The notes beneath the pieces are model-generated. The model was not told the origin of the DNA. It was given only the letters and a program-made list of their open reading frames with translations, and did no database searches. This document shows, one piece after another, positions 1 through 10,876 of a stretch of DNA of 26,931 bases. Source of the stretch: Candidatus Iainarchaeum sp. (lineage in GTDB: Archaea > Iainarchaeota > Iainarchaeia > Iainarchaeales > CSSED10-239); contig JAQVTI010000013.1 of the NCBI GenBank assembly GCA_028700115.1, forward strand, positions 1 to 26,931. The letters are read 5' to 3'. Every line of letters starts with the position of its first letter. Positions within the stretch are counted from its first letter, which is position 1. The position numbers were made by a program, and so were the translations under genes.

Positions 1-1989
<1,989 letters not shown>

Positions 1990-2377
1990 GAATCAAATTT
2001 AAGCTTAATAAACTTACTTTGACAAATAAAGTTGGTTTTCTACTTTTCTCATCCCGTAAATATAAAATATTTCGTCTCTAAAAAACTAGAAACAAAACGG
2101 TCAAACCTATTTCAAAAAAACTTGTAATAGGTAATATAACTTATAGAAGAGGTAAGTTTATAAAAGGATAGGTCGACCTCCTAAGAGATTTAAAAAAATA
2201 AATAAAAATAAGTTATTTAAAGTAATTTAAATAAAAATAAAACTTCAAAATACCTTTAAAACAAAAATAAGCAAATATTTGAGGTTTATTCTAAACCCAT
2301 TATTTTAAAATGCCAGGGAATTTTTTATTAAAAAAATAAGATTTTAGAAAAAATTAATTTAATAAAAAATCATAAAT

Positions 2378-2755
2378 TTATTTAGAAGAAATTAATTCAC
2401 ATTTTTCAGAAACTTCAACAATATGTTTAATTTCCCCATTTTTATAAGAATAACATTGATTAATAGGATTATTATCCAAAATATCAATTTTTGGAGAATG
2501 AGTTATATCACAAGCCCAATTTGAAACAATTTCTTCAGATAAACAAGGTCCATCTATTAAAGAAATATTTTTTGATTTTTCTATTTTACATAAACTAATA
2601 CATTCATTAATTGCATCTTGTTCTAATTTTAAAGAATTATCATCATTTCTAAAAATAATATTTAAAATGCCAGCTAAAACAATTAATAAAAATACAATTA
2701 AATAAATATAAAATGATATTTTTGCAGGTTTTTTAAAAAAAAATATATTTTTCAA
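2378..2755 (-). CDS. Small membrane-anchored protein of unknown function with a conserved-looking Cys-containing ectodomain
   Basis: 125 aa ORF. N-terminal TM (ISFYIYLIVFLLIVLAGILNIIF) followed by NECISLCKIEK...DGPCLSEEI...WACDITHSP...NQCYSYKNG...EKCEL. Confidence 0.75.
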   Translation of the reverse strand: MKNIFFFKKPAKISFYIYLIVFLLIVLAGILNIIFRNDDNSLKLEQDAINECISLCKIEKSKNISLIDGPCLSEEIVSNWACDITHSPKIDILDNNPINQCYSYKNGEIKHIVEVSEKCELISSK

Positions 2756-2865
2756 AATAAATCACATTTTTTAAATGTATATATAGTTATATTATATCTA
2801 TAAGCTATATTTAATTCTTTTTATTTAATAAAAATAAAATAAATATTAAAAATTTGTGAAAAAAT

Positions 2866-4068
2866 ATGTTAATTGGAATTGTTGGGAAACCAAATGTAGG
2901 AAAAACAACTTTTTTTAAAGCAATGACTTTAATGAATGTAGAATCTGCAAATTATCCATTTACTACAATAGATGCAAACAAAGGCATTGGCTTTATAAGA
3001 AATAAACCATGTGTATGTAAAGAATTAAATACACAATGTAATCCAAGATATGGATATTGTAAAAACCATATTAGATTTCTACCTGTTGATTTAATTGATG
3101 TTGCAGGACTAGTTCCTGGTGCTAGTGAAGGAAGGGGACTTGGAAATAAATTTTTAACAGATTTAAATATGGCTGATGCATTAATACAAGTTATAGATAT
3201 CTCTGGATCTACTGATCAAGAAGGAAAAAATGTAAAAGCAGGAAGTATAAATCCAGCAGATGAAATTGAATTTTTAGAAAAAGAAATAAATAATTGGCTT
3301 TTTGGAATATTTAAAAAAAATTTTACAAAAATAGGAACTAGCCAAAGAGTGAAAAAACAAAAAACATTAACAATTCTAGAAGAATATTTAAAAGGAGCAA
3401 TTGGTGCTAAAGAAGAAGAAATAGATTTAGTTTTAAAAAAATATAATCTTAAAGACAAAAACTTGATTGATTGGTCAGATGAAGAAATTTTAAATTTCAC
3501 AAAAAATATAAGAGAACTTTCAAAACCAATTATAATTGCAGCAAATAAAATAGATATGCCTTTTGGAAAAGACAATTTAGAAAAATTAATTAAAAAATAT
3601 CCTAATAGAATAATAATTCCTTGTTCAGCTGAATCAGAAGTTGCTTTAAAAAATGCAGAAAAAAATAACATTATAGAATATATTCCTGGAGAAGATGATT
3701 TTAAAATTTTAAAAGAAGATATTAATGAAATACAAAAAAATGCTTTAAAATTTATTAAAGAAAATATTTTACAAAAATATAATTCAACTGGGATACAACT
3801 AATTTTAGACAAAGTAGTTTTTGAAACTCTTGGATACATGCCTATCTATCCAGGAGGCACAAAAGGACTAGGAGATAAAAATGGAAATATTTTACCAGAT
3901 TGTTTTCTAATGCCCCCAAAGTCAACTGCATTAGATTTTGCTTTTAAACTACATACTGATTTTGGGAAAAATTTCATAAAAGCAATTGATGTTAAAACAA
4001 AAATGCTTTTAGGAAAAGATCACAAACTAAAAACAAATGATGTAATAGAAATTGTTTCTGGGAAATAA
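2866..4068 (+). CDS. ychF: Archaeal Obg/YchF-like GTP/ATP-binding protein with C-terminal TGS domain
   Basis: GIVGKPNVGKTTFFKAMTL..ANYPFTTIDANKG (G1/G2), C.C..L...CNPRYGYC, DVAGLVPGASEGRGLGNKFL (G3), AANKIDMP (G4-like), C-terminal STALDFAFKLHTDFGKNFIKAIDVKTK TGS. Confidence 0.93.
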   Translation: MLIGIVGKPNVGKTTFFKAMTLMNVESANYPFTTIDANKGIGFIRNKPCVCKELNTQCNPRYGYCKNHIRFLPVDLIDVAGLVPGASEGRGLGNKFLTDLNMADALIQVIDISGSTDQEGKNVKAGSINPADEIEFLEKEINNWLFGIFKKNFTKIGTSQRVKKQKTLTILEEYLKGAIGAKEEEIDLVLKKYNLKDKNLIDWSDEEILNFTKNIRELSKPIIIAANKIDMPFGKDNLEKLIKKYPNRIIIPCSAESEVALKNAEKNNIIEYIPGEDDFKILKEDINEIQKNALKFIKENILQKYNSTGIQLILDKVVFETLGYMPIYPGGTKGLGDKNGNILPDCFLMPPKSTALDFAFKLHTDFGKNFIKAIDVKTKMLLGKDHKLKTNDVIEIVSGK

Positions 4069-4071
4069 AAT

Positions 4072-4575
4072 ATGATAAAATATAAATACCCTACAAAAAT
4101 AAATATTAAAGAAGATAATCAATTAAATATAATATATAATAAATATTTTAAAAAAACAAAACAAGAAGCAGATTTAAATTTAAATAAACTAAATTTATTA
4201 ATAAATAAATTCCCAAAATCAGAAACAATAATATATGATAAAAACCCAATTGGAGAAATTACAATAATCCCAACTAATTTAAAAAATATGAACTTGTTTT
4301 TAAAAGAAAAAATAAGTGAACAAGAATTAATAGATAATTCTATAAATAAGGTAAATTTAAAAAATTTTAAATGCATTTATTTATGTTATTTTATAATTTT
4401 AAAAAAATATCGTAGAAAAAAAATAATATATAAACAATTAAAAAAAATTGTAAAATATTATATAAAAATAAATCCAAAAATAACACTTTTTGTTTGGCCC
4501 TTTTCAGAAGTAGGAGAAAAAATTTCAAAAAAATTATCTAATGAATTAAATTTACCAATAATTATTAAAAAATAA
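4072..4575 (+). CDS. Possible GNAT-fold acetyltransferase, divergent
   Basis: 167 aa ORF immediately downstream of the YchF-like gene. The segment CIYLCYFIILKKYRRKKIIYKQLKKIVKYY resembles the GNAT V..(x)Y(R)(R/G)KGI acetyl-CoA loop. Weak. Confidence 0.45.
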   Translation: MIKYKYPTKINIKEDNQLNIIYNKYFKKTKQEADLNLNKLNLLINKFPKSETIIYDKNPIGEITIIPTNLKNMNLFLKEKISEQELIDNSINKVNLKNFKCIYLCYFIILKKYRRKKIIYKQLKKIVKYYIKINPKITLFVWPFSEVGEKISKKLSNELNLPIIIKK

Positions 4576-4618
4576 CTTATGCAAGGCAAACATTTATATA
4601 AGAATCAAAATCTATAGA

Positions 4619-4634
4619 AAATATTTATATATAA
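4619..4634 (+). promoter_or_regulatory. Candidate archaeal TATA/BRE element upstream of the HTH-PAS gene
   Basis: aaatatttatatataa located ~45-58 nt upstream of the ATG at 4677. The whole genome is AT-rich, so specificity is low. Confidence 0.35.
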
Positions 4635-4676
4635 ATTATCATAATAATAAATATAGATTCAAAATAAAAGATCCTA

Positions 4677-5474
4677 ATGAAAATAAATATTGAAAATGAA
4701 AATCTTAAAAAAATAGAAGACTATCTTAAAAAAAGTAAAAATCAAACAATAAAACAAATATCTACTAATTTGAAATTAAATAGAAATACTTGTGCAAAAT
4801 ATTTAGAAATATTAAATGCAAAAAAAACAATAAGAGTAGAAACAAATAGAAAATTTAAAATATATAATATAAACAAAAATAAAAACATAGATTATTTGAC
4901 AAACTACATATCTGAAATTATTTTAATTTATGATGAAAATAAAAAAATTGTTTTTACAAATAAAAATTTTACAGACATATTCAATATTGAAAAAAATGTT
5001 TTAAATAAAAATGTAAATTCAATATTAAAAATAAATACTAACTATTTTTTAAAAGATATTTTAAAAGAAAAAATAATTAATTATAACTGTAGAATTTATG
5101 AAATAAATATATTAGAAGATATAGTTTATAATAATAATGATAACAACACTATGTTAATTTTTAAAGAAAACACCTATAAAAATAATATGAATAATATTAT
5201 GCAAATATATAAACAAAATGCACCTAATATGAATTGTATTGATTTAATTTTTAAAATATTATATTCTAATGAAAATATTATAAAAATAGATTTAATTGAA
5301 AATAATAAAATTATAAAAACAAAAACAAATAAAAAATACCTTGAAAAAACATATACTAAAAAATTTAAAATAAATGCTGAAAAGATAATTAAACTAACTA
5401 CAATTCAAAGAATTGATGAAAAATACAATTGTATTTTAAATGTTATTTTTGATCAAATAAAAAATAAAATTTAA
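4677..5474 (+). CDS. HTH transcriptional regulator with a central PAS-like sensor domain
   Basis: N-terminal winged-HTH pattern NQTIKQISTNLKLNRNTCAKYLEILNAKKTIRVETNRKFKIYNI. PAS-like segment ISEIILIYDENKKIVFTNKNFTDIFNIEKNVLNKNVNSI. Confidence 0.65.
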   Translation: MKINIENENLKKIEDYLKKSKNQTIKQISTNLKLNRNTCAKYLEILNAKKTIRVETNRKFKIYNINKNKNIDYLTNYISEIILIYDENKKIVFTNKNFTDIFNIEKNVLNKNVNSILKINTNYFLKDILKEKIINYNCRIYEINILEDIVYNNNDNNTMLIFKENTYKNNMNNIMQIYKQNAPNMNCIDLIFKILYSNENIIKIDLIENNKIIKTKTNKKYLEKTYTKKFKINAEKIIKLTTIQRIDEKYNCILNVIFDQIKNKI

Positions 5475-6838
5475 ACTAATTTTTTTAATTCTCTAATATT
5501 TTTATCAACAAACAAATTATCTATATCTTGTTTACAAAGTGAAAACTTATTTGATTTAATAATTTTAATAGTTTGATAATTTTTTAAAAGATAATTTTTA
5601 TTAAAGATTTTTTCTGAATCTATAATAGCATAAGAAAAATATTTTGCAAAATCCGAATGAAGATAAAATGCAAAATCTAAAATTGTAGATTTTTTAGGGA
5701 TATCTATTTTTTCTCTAGAAGGGGTAAATACAGATATATAATCATTATAATTTTTATCTCTTTTAGAAATATTGTTTTTATTTTTTAAAAAATTTATCAA
5801 TTTTTTATCTTTTAAATCTATTTTAGAAGATATATGCTTATAATGAAAATGAGCTGCAATCCCAAATTCAGCAGTATTATTCATTTCAATAGTTCTAATC
5901 TGTATTTCTATAGGATAATTATTTATTTCAATTCTAATATGAATAGACTGATAACCATTTTCTTTTGGATTTTTAATAAAATCATTAACTTTACTATTTG
6001 GGAATTCTTTAAATTTTTTTTTAATTTTATTTAAAACCAAATAACAATATTTTTTAGTATCATAAATTAATCTAATTGCATAAACATCAAAAACCTTATC
6101 AATAGATATTTTTCTAGAAAGATATATTTTTTCATAAAAACTACCTACACTTTTATATCTATAAGAATATCTAATTGGTTTTAAATTTTCTTTTTTTAAA
6201 AAATCAATAATAATATCTTTAAAAGGCTTTAAATTTTCAATAGGATATTTATCTAACAGATATTTTTTGGTTTCTTCAAATTTATTTTTAGATTTTATAT
6301 AAATTAATTTATTTAATAATAAATCTTTAAAATTATATAATCCTAATTGATTTGTAAGAGGGATAATACTAAATTCAATAACATCTAAAAATCTTTTTTT
6401 AAAATAATTTATTTTAATTTTATCTATAAAATATAAAATAGCTAAACATTCTGCAAAAACAACTAAAACAGCTTCAATTTTAAAAAATGACTTTATAATA
6501 ATTTCTTTAATTTCATCAAAACTAATATCTTTATTAGAAATCAAATAAATAAAATTAAAAAAATAATAATCTTTACAAATTTTTCTAATATCTTTTGGGA
6601 AATAATTTTCTTTTTTAAGACAAATATTATATTGATAAGGATTATAAAGTAAAGCACAAATAATTATATTTTCATCATAATCTGTTAAATATTCTGTAAT
6701 TTTTAAAACATACCTAAATTGATTTATTCCAAAAATTTTCTTTGAAGAATAAATTTTTTTAGAAATTTTATAGGCTTTATAAATATTAGAAGTATATTCT
6801 TGTATAATTTTTAAATATTCTTTTTGATAAATAAACAT
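5471..6838 (-). CDS. RelA/SpoT homolog: degenerate HD domain, (p)ppGpp synthetase domain, TGS domain
   Basis: Synthetase motifs YRYKSVGSFYEKI, FDVYAIRLI, KVNDFIKNPKENGYQSIH, IEIQIRTIEMNNTAEFGIAAHFHYK. TGS: SVFTPSREKIDIPKKSTILDFAFYLHSDFAKYF. The N-terminal region retains SIIPLTNQLGLY but lacks the metal-binding HD residues. Confidence 0.9.
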   Translation of the reverse strand: MFIYQKEYLKIIQEYTSNIYKAYKISKKIYSSKKIFGINQFRYVLKITEYLTDYDENIIICALLYNPYQYNICLKKENYFPKDIRKICKDYYFFNFIYLISNKDISFDEIKEIIIKSFFKIEAVLVVFAECLAILYFIDKIKINYFKKRFLDVIEFSIIPLTNQLGLYNFKDLLLNKLIYIKSKNKFEETKKYLLDKYPIENLKPFKDIIIDFLKKENLKPIRYSYRYKSVGSFYEKIYLSRKISIDKVFDVYAIRLIYDTKKYCYLVLNKIKKKFKEFPNSKVNDFIKNPKENGYQSIHIRIEINNYPIEIQIRTIEMNNTAEFGIAAHFHYKHISSKIDLKDKKLINFLKNKNNISKRDKNYNDYISVFTPSREKIDIPKKSTILDFAFYLHSDFAKYFSYAIIDSEKIFNKNYLLKNYQTIKIIKSNKFSLCKQDIDNLFVDKNIRELKKLV

Positions 6839-6875
6839 AAAATCATCTTACAATTTCCAAATTATAATAAAACAA

Positions 6876-9743
6876 CTATTCAATAAGAATACCTATTTTT
6901 CCTGGACTAGCACCTTTTGCTTTTATATCTAAAGAATCTTCTGCTTTTAAAATATTAAAAGAAATATTAAATTCTTTTTCTAAAAATGTTTTTGCAGAAA
7001 CATATAATTCATATTCTTCTTCTTGATTATAACAAATTTCTAAAAGAGAAGGTTGTTTTAAAACTTTTGGAACTATTTTTCCAAGTTCTTTTTTCTTATC
7101 AGGATATTTTTGTGATAAAATAGACATAATTTTCCCAATATTTTTAGTTTCTAAAAACAAATCAGATATTAAATTATATACTTCATATTTCCATTTTTCA
7201 GAAATATATAAAATAACTTTATTAATTTTTTCTTGATTTGCCATTTTAGAAACATTTCTAATATCTGATATTAAATTTTCAATAGCTTTTTCATTTTCAT
7301 CAAGTTTTAAATCTATTTTAGAAAGAATTACTTCTGGAAATTTAGATACTGCAACTAAATTTTTATTACCAATAATTTCATTTAATTCTTCAGAAAGATG
7401 AGGTGTAAAAAGACCCATTGTAAGAATCCAATTAGTAATTACTTCTAATAAAACTAATTTATTATTTCCTCCTCTTCTAAAATACCAATGTAAATCATTA
7501 TAAAAATTAAAATAAATTTCATCAGTTGCTTCTTTTAACTCAACATTATTCATAGAACAAATAACTTTTTCAAGCCTTTTATAAAATTTAGATATAATCC
7601 AATTATCTAAATTGGAATAATTTTTATTTTCTAAAAAATCTTTATTATCTATAATTTCTATTATAAAATAATATATTTTTTCCAATCTTTGTTTATATTT
7701 TTTTAAATCCTCAGGAGGAAAATCAATATTTACAAAAGGAGAAGCAACATTTGCATAAAATAATCTAATTGCATCAACAGAATAATTTTTTGCTTCTTGA
7801 CCAATACTTCTTGCACCACCTTTAGATTTTGAAATTTTTCCAGATTTATTTATAACCCACCAATTTACAATAATTCCTTTTGGCCAAAATTTTTTTGGTA
7901 AAATACCAACATGATTCATTAAAAATACAGGAAAATGAACTGTTAAATGATCTTGCCCACCTAAATTAATATCTAAAGGATACCAATATTCAACATCTTT
8001 TTTAATATTATTTAAAATATCTATAGAAATATCTGATTTAATAGAAACGTCTTCTAAATTACCTTTATCTAAAAATATATAATCAAAAAACTCTTCTGTA
8101 AGATTGTCTGTTTTTAAAATTCCTTTATTTGTATAAAGTGATACTAAATAAAATATAGGATATAATGTACTATCTGCAATTGGTTCAATTGTATAACTTT
8201 TATCAAAAGGAAATTTAGTACCCAACCAATTTCCTTGTCTTGCACATGCTCTATCATCAAACCAATTTAATATATTAGGAATATTTTTTTTATATTGTTC
8301 AGGAAGTAAAAGCATTTCTTGAGAATGATTTATTGTTTTTTTAGTTAAATCTTTATCAGAATATTTAATGAACCATTGATCATCAATTTTTTTAATAACA
8401 ACTTTTTCTCCACATCTACAAATTACTTCTTCAGAAAGATCAAAAAATAAATCTGCAAGATTATTATCTATCAAATCTTTTTTAATATTTTCTTTTGCAA
8501 TTTCTACTTTTTGCCCAGAATATACCCCACAACTAGAAAGCATAATTCCTGTATGAAATCCTTTTTTATAAACTTCTTTTTTAGCTTTTTCTAATTTATC
8601 AATATCTTTTTGAGAAGTTATATTATAATCTTTACATATTTTTAATGCTGGCAAAGTTCCAAAATCTTTAGATTTAATTATTTCTATTGGTTTAATTTTA
8701 ATAATTTCATCATAAGATAAATTATATCTATCACATAATTCTTTAGAATTTTGTAAATCATAAAGACCAATCCAATCTGCAGGAGCGTCAGAAGGAACTG
8801 AAGTTACAATTCCAGTACCTATATTTGGATCACAAAAACTAGATGGAAGAATAATTATTTTTCTATTTACCCCAGGAGCTATAACATATTTCCCAGAAAG
8901 TTCTTTTCCAGAAATAGTATCTAAAATATCTATATTTTCTTTTTGATATTTTAATTTTTCTGCAAATTCTTTTGATGCAATCCATATTTCATTATTTATT
9001 TTTATATAATAATAATCTAAATCATAATCAATCCATAAATTGGTTTGACCAAAAACAGTTTCTGGTCTAAGAGTTGCAACAACAACAAAGGTATTTTCTT
9101 TATCTACAAGTTTCATTTTTAATATAGTATATTCATTTTTTTGAGCATTACCCCCCTTAGAAATATCTGACTCAGAAGGATCTACTGCAACTGGACCACA
9201 ATTAATACATGCTGTTGCAAAATAAGGTTTTTGTATTAATAAATCTTTTTCTTTTAATTTTTTAAATTGCCATTCAATAAATTTATTATAATCTTTATTT
9301 GTAGTTAATGTAAATCTTCTCCAATCTCCAATAAACCCATAAGATTCATAATCTTGAACATATATTTTTGAAAAAAAATCAATAAACCCTTCAGGATTTT
9401 TCATAATATTTAAATCAGAATCATTAAACCCCATTGATTTATAATAATTAATTATATTTAAATCATTTCTTAAAATTTTTATAGATTTAGAAACAGCACT
9501 ATTTCCACTTGCATGACCTCCAGCAGGCATCAAAACATTATATCCTTGCATTCTTTTAAATCTTGAAATTGCATCTGCATATGAATACCCTCTCATATGA
9601 CCTACATGATGAAAACCAGAAACAGTAAGATATGCCCAAATTAAAAAGAATTTTGGTTTTGTTTCATCTCTATTAACTTCGCCAATTTTTTCATCTTTCC
9701 ATCTTTTTTGCCATTTTGATTCAAATTTTAAAAAATCATACAT
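6876..9743 (-). CDS. leuS: Leucyl-tRNA synthetase, archaeal/eukaryotic type
   Basis: HIGH-like HVGHMRGYSYADAISRFKRMQGYNVLMP; ATLRPETVFGQTNLWI; GTGIVTSVPSDAPAD; GRNWLGT-like ARQGNWLGTKFPFD; KMSKS-like GKISKSKGG. Confidence 0.93.
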   Translation of the reverse strand: MYDFLKFESKWQKRWKDEKIGEVNRDETKPKFFLIWAYLTVSGFHHVGHMRGYSYADAISRFKRMQGYNVLMPAGGHASGNSAVSKSIKILRNDLNIINYYKSMGFNDSDLNIMKNPEGFIDFFSKIYVQDYESYGFIGDWRRFTLTTNKDYNKFIEWQFKKLKEKDLLIQKPYFATACINCGPVAVDPSESDISKGGNAQKNEYTILKMKLVDKENTFVVVATLRPETVFGQTNLWIDYDLDYYYIKINNEIWIASKEFAEKLKYQKENIDILDTISGKELSGKYVIAPGVNRKIIILPSSFCDPNIGTGIVTSVPSDAPADWIGLYDLQNSKELCDRYNLSYDEIIKIKPIEIIKSKDFGTLPALKICKDYNITSQKDIDKLEKAKKEVYKKGFHTGIMLSSCGVYSGQKVEIAKENIKKDLIDNNLADLFFDLSEEVICRCGEKVVIKKIDDQWFIKYSDKDLTKKTINHSQEMLLLPEQYKKNIPNILNWFDDRACARQGNWLGTKFPFDKSYTIEPIADSTLYPIFYLVSLYTNKGILKTDNLTEEFFDYIFLDKGNLEDVSIKSDISIDILNNIKKDVEYWYPLDINLGGQDHLTVHFPVFLMNHVGILPKKFWPKGIIVNWWVINKSGKISKSKGGARSIGQEAKNYSVDAIRLFYANVASPFVNIDFPPEDLKKYKQRLEKIYYFIIEIIDNKDFLENKNYSNLDNWIISKFYKRLEKVICSMNNVELKEATDEIYFNFYNDLHWYFRRGGNNKLVLLEVITNWILTMGLFTPHLSEELNEIIGNKNLVAVSKFPEVILSKIDLKLDENEKAIENLISDIRNVSKMANQEKINKVILYISEKWKYEVYNLISDLFLETKNIGKIMSILSQKYPDKKKELGKIVPKVLKQPSLLEICYNQEEEYELYVSAKTFLEKEFNISFNILKAEDSLDIKAKGASPGKIGILIE

Positions 9744-9767
9744 ATTTTCTCAATATTTTCATCTAAT

Positions 9768-9824
9768 TTTATTTTATTTTGTTTTTATTTTATTTTATTT
9801 TGTTTTGTTTTTATTTAATTTTAA
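9768..9824. repeat. Low-complexity TTTTA/TTTTG pentamer-rich tract upstream of leuS
   Basis: attttattttattttgtttttattttattttattttgttttgtttttattt; partial direct duplication of ATTTTATTTTATTTTGTTTT. Confidence 0.6.
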
Positions 9825-9862
9825 TAAATATATTATATTTATATAAATAATATATAAAGAGA

Positions 9863-9880
9863 AATGTTTATAAAAACATT
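9863..9880 (-). terminator. Inverted repeat AATGTTT-ATAA-AAACATT downstream of the 266-aa coiled-coil gene; possible 3' hairpin
   Basis: Perfect 7-bp stem with 4-nt loop, 33 nt past the stop codon at 9913. Confidence 0.35.
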
Positions 9881-9912
9881 AATATTTTTAAAAATTATAT
9901 AAAAATAAAAAA

Positions 9913-10713
9913 TTATTCACCACTAAAAATAGATGCCATAGCATTATAACTTTCTCTAAATCTTTGATATAAAGCATCAAAGTTTTCGATCATAGTTTCA
10001 TTCATTCTAGATTCAATTCCATCAACAGAATTATTTAAAGAAGCATTAACATCATTTAAATTTTGAGATAATTCACTTACTTTATCCATAACATTTGTAT
10101 CTATATAATTTTGAACATTATTAATTTTAGTATCTAAATCCTTCATTTTATAAGATAAATTTGAATCTAAATAATTTACTCTATTAACTAAATCTTCATA
10201 TTGTTCTCTTTGAGCTCTAGAAACTTCAACAATTAAATTAAGTCCCGTTGAAACATGAAAAGAATAAGATATATGTAAATCTAAAATGTTGTCATTTTGG
10301 TTGACTTTACAAACAATATGTTCTTCATAAATTCCTTCTCTTTCAGGAGTAATAAATGGATGATAATAATTACCAGGAACAGATGTAGGAATCATAGGAA
10401 TATCTATTAAAAAATAAGATTTATCTGGATAAAGTAAAGATAAAACACAATTAGCATCAGTTATTGCATTTCCTTTATTATCTTGAAGCCTAACAATAAC
10501 TTGTCCTTGTTCTCCAGAAATATATTCTGTTCCAGAAACCATTTTAATTAATGGATCACCATTTTTAAAATTATTATTAAAAATAAAATAAAAAATAATT
10601 ATAATTAATAAAATAAAAAATATACTGATAAATAAATATTTCTTTGAAAAATTAATTTTTTTAAAAGAAAAATCCCTTTTTTTATAAGAATTAAAATTTT
10701 TTAAACGGTCCAT
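9913..10713 (-). CDS. Membrane-anchored extracellular protein: N-terminal TM, Ig-like domain, C-terminal coiled coil
   Basis: TM KKYLFISIFFILLIIIIFYFIF. GQVIVRLQDNKGNAITDANCVLSLLYPDKSYF...GNYYHPFITPEREGIYEEHIVCKVN parallels the 636-aa neighbour. Heptad-like C-terminus LNDVNASLNNSVDGIESRM. Confidence 0.75.
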   Translation of the reverse strand: MDRLKNFNSYKKRDFSFKKINFSKKYLFISIFFILLIIIIFYFIFNNNFKNGDPLIKMVSGTEYISGEQGQVIVRLQDNKGNAITDANCVLSLLYPDKSYFLIDIPMIPTSVPGNYYHPFITPEREGIYEEHIVCKVNQNDNILDLHISYSFHVSTGLNLIVEVSRAQREQYEDLVNRVNYLDSNLSYKMKDLDTKINNVQNYIDTNVMDKVSELSQNLNDVNASLNNSVDGIESRMNETMIENFDALYQRFRESYNAMASIFSGE

Positions 10714-10767
10714 ATTTTTAAAGTATTTTTAAAGTATTTTTAAAGTATTTTTAAAGTATTTTTAAAT
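10714..10767. repeat. Short tandem repeat (11-12 bp unit, TTTTTAAAGTA) abutting the start codon of the 266-aa gene
   Basis: attttaaagtatttttaaagta...taaagtatttttaaagtatttttaaatta; G residues at 10722, 10733, 10745 and 10756 show the period, with a degenerate fifth copy. Confidence 0.85.
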
Positions 10768-10796
10768 TATTCTAAAAATTTAAATATAAATTAAAT

Positions 10797-10822
10797 AAAA
10801 AATGTTTTTAAAAACATTTTTT
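10797..10822. repeat. Perfect 26-bp palindrome AAAAAATGTTTTTAAAAACATTTTTT, possible 3' hairpin of the 636-aa gene
   Basis: Two 13-nt arms, exactly self-complementary, 55 nt downstream of the stop codon at 10877 (minus strand). Confidence 0.7.
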
Positions 10823-10876
10823 ATAAATTTATATATTATACAACAATTACAAAAACAAATCTATAATTACAATTAC

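Noticed and set aside
2170-2179. 10-bp palindrome AGGTCGACCT upstream of the 23S gene
   Set aside because: Perfect but short and isolated; no partner sequence or context to give it meaning.
3216-3839. 207-aa antisense ORF
   Set aside because: Antisense to the well-supported YchF-like gene; hydrophobic low-information translation is typical of AT-rich antisense frames.
4119-6034. Antisense ORFs 4119-4376 (-) and 5834-6034 (+)
   Set aside because: Fully contained opposite to longer supported coding regions; low-complexity F/I/N-rich.
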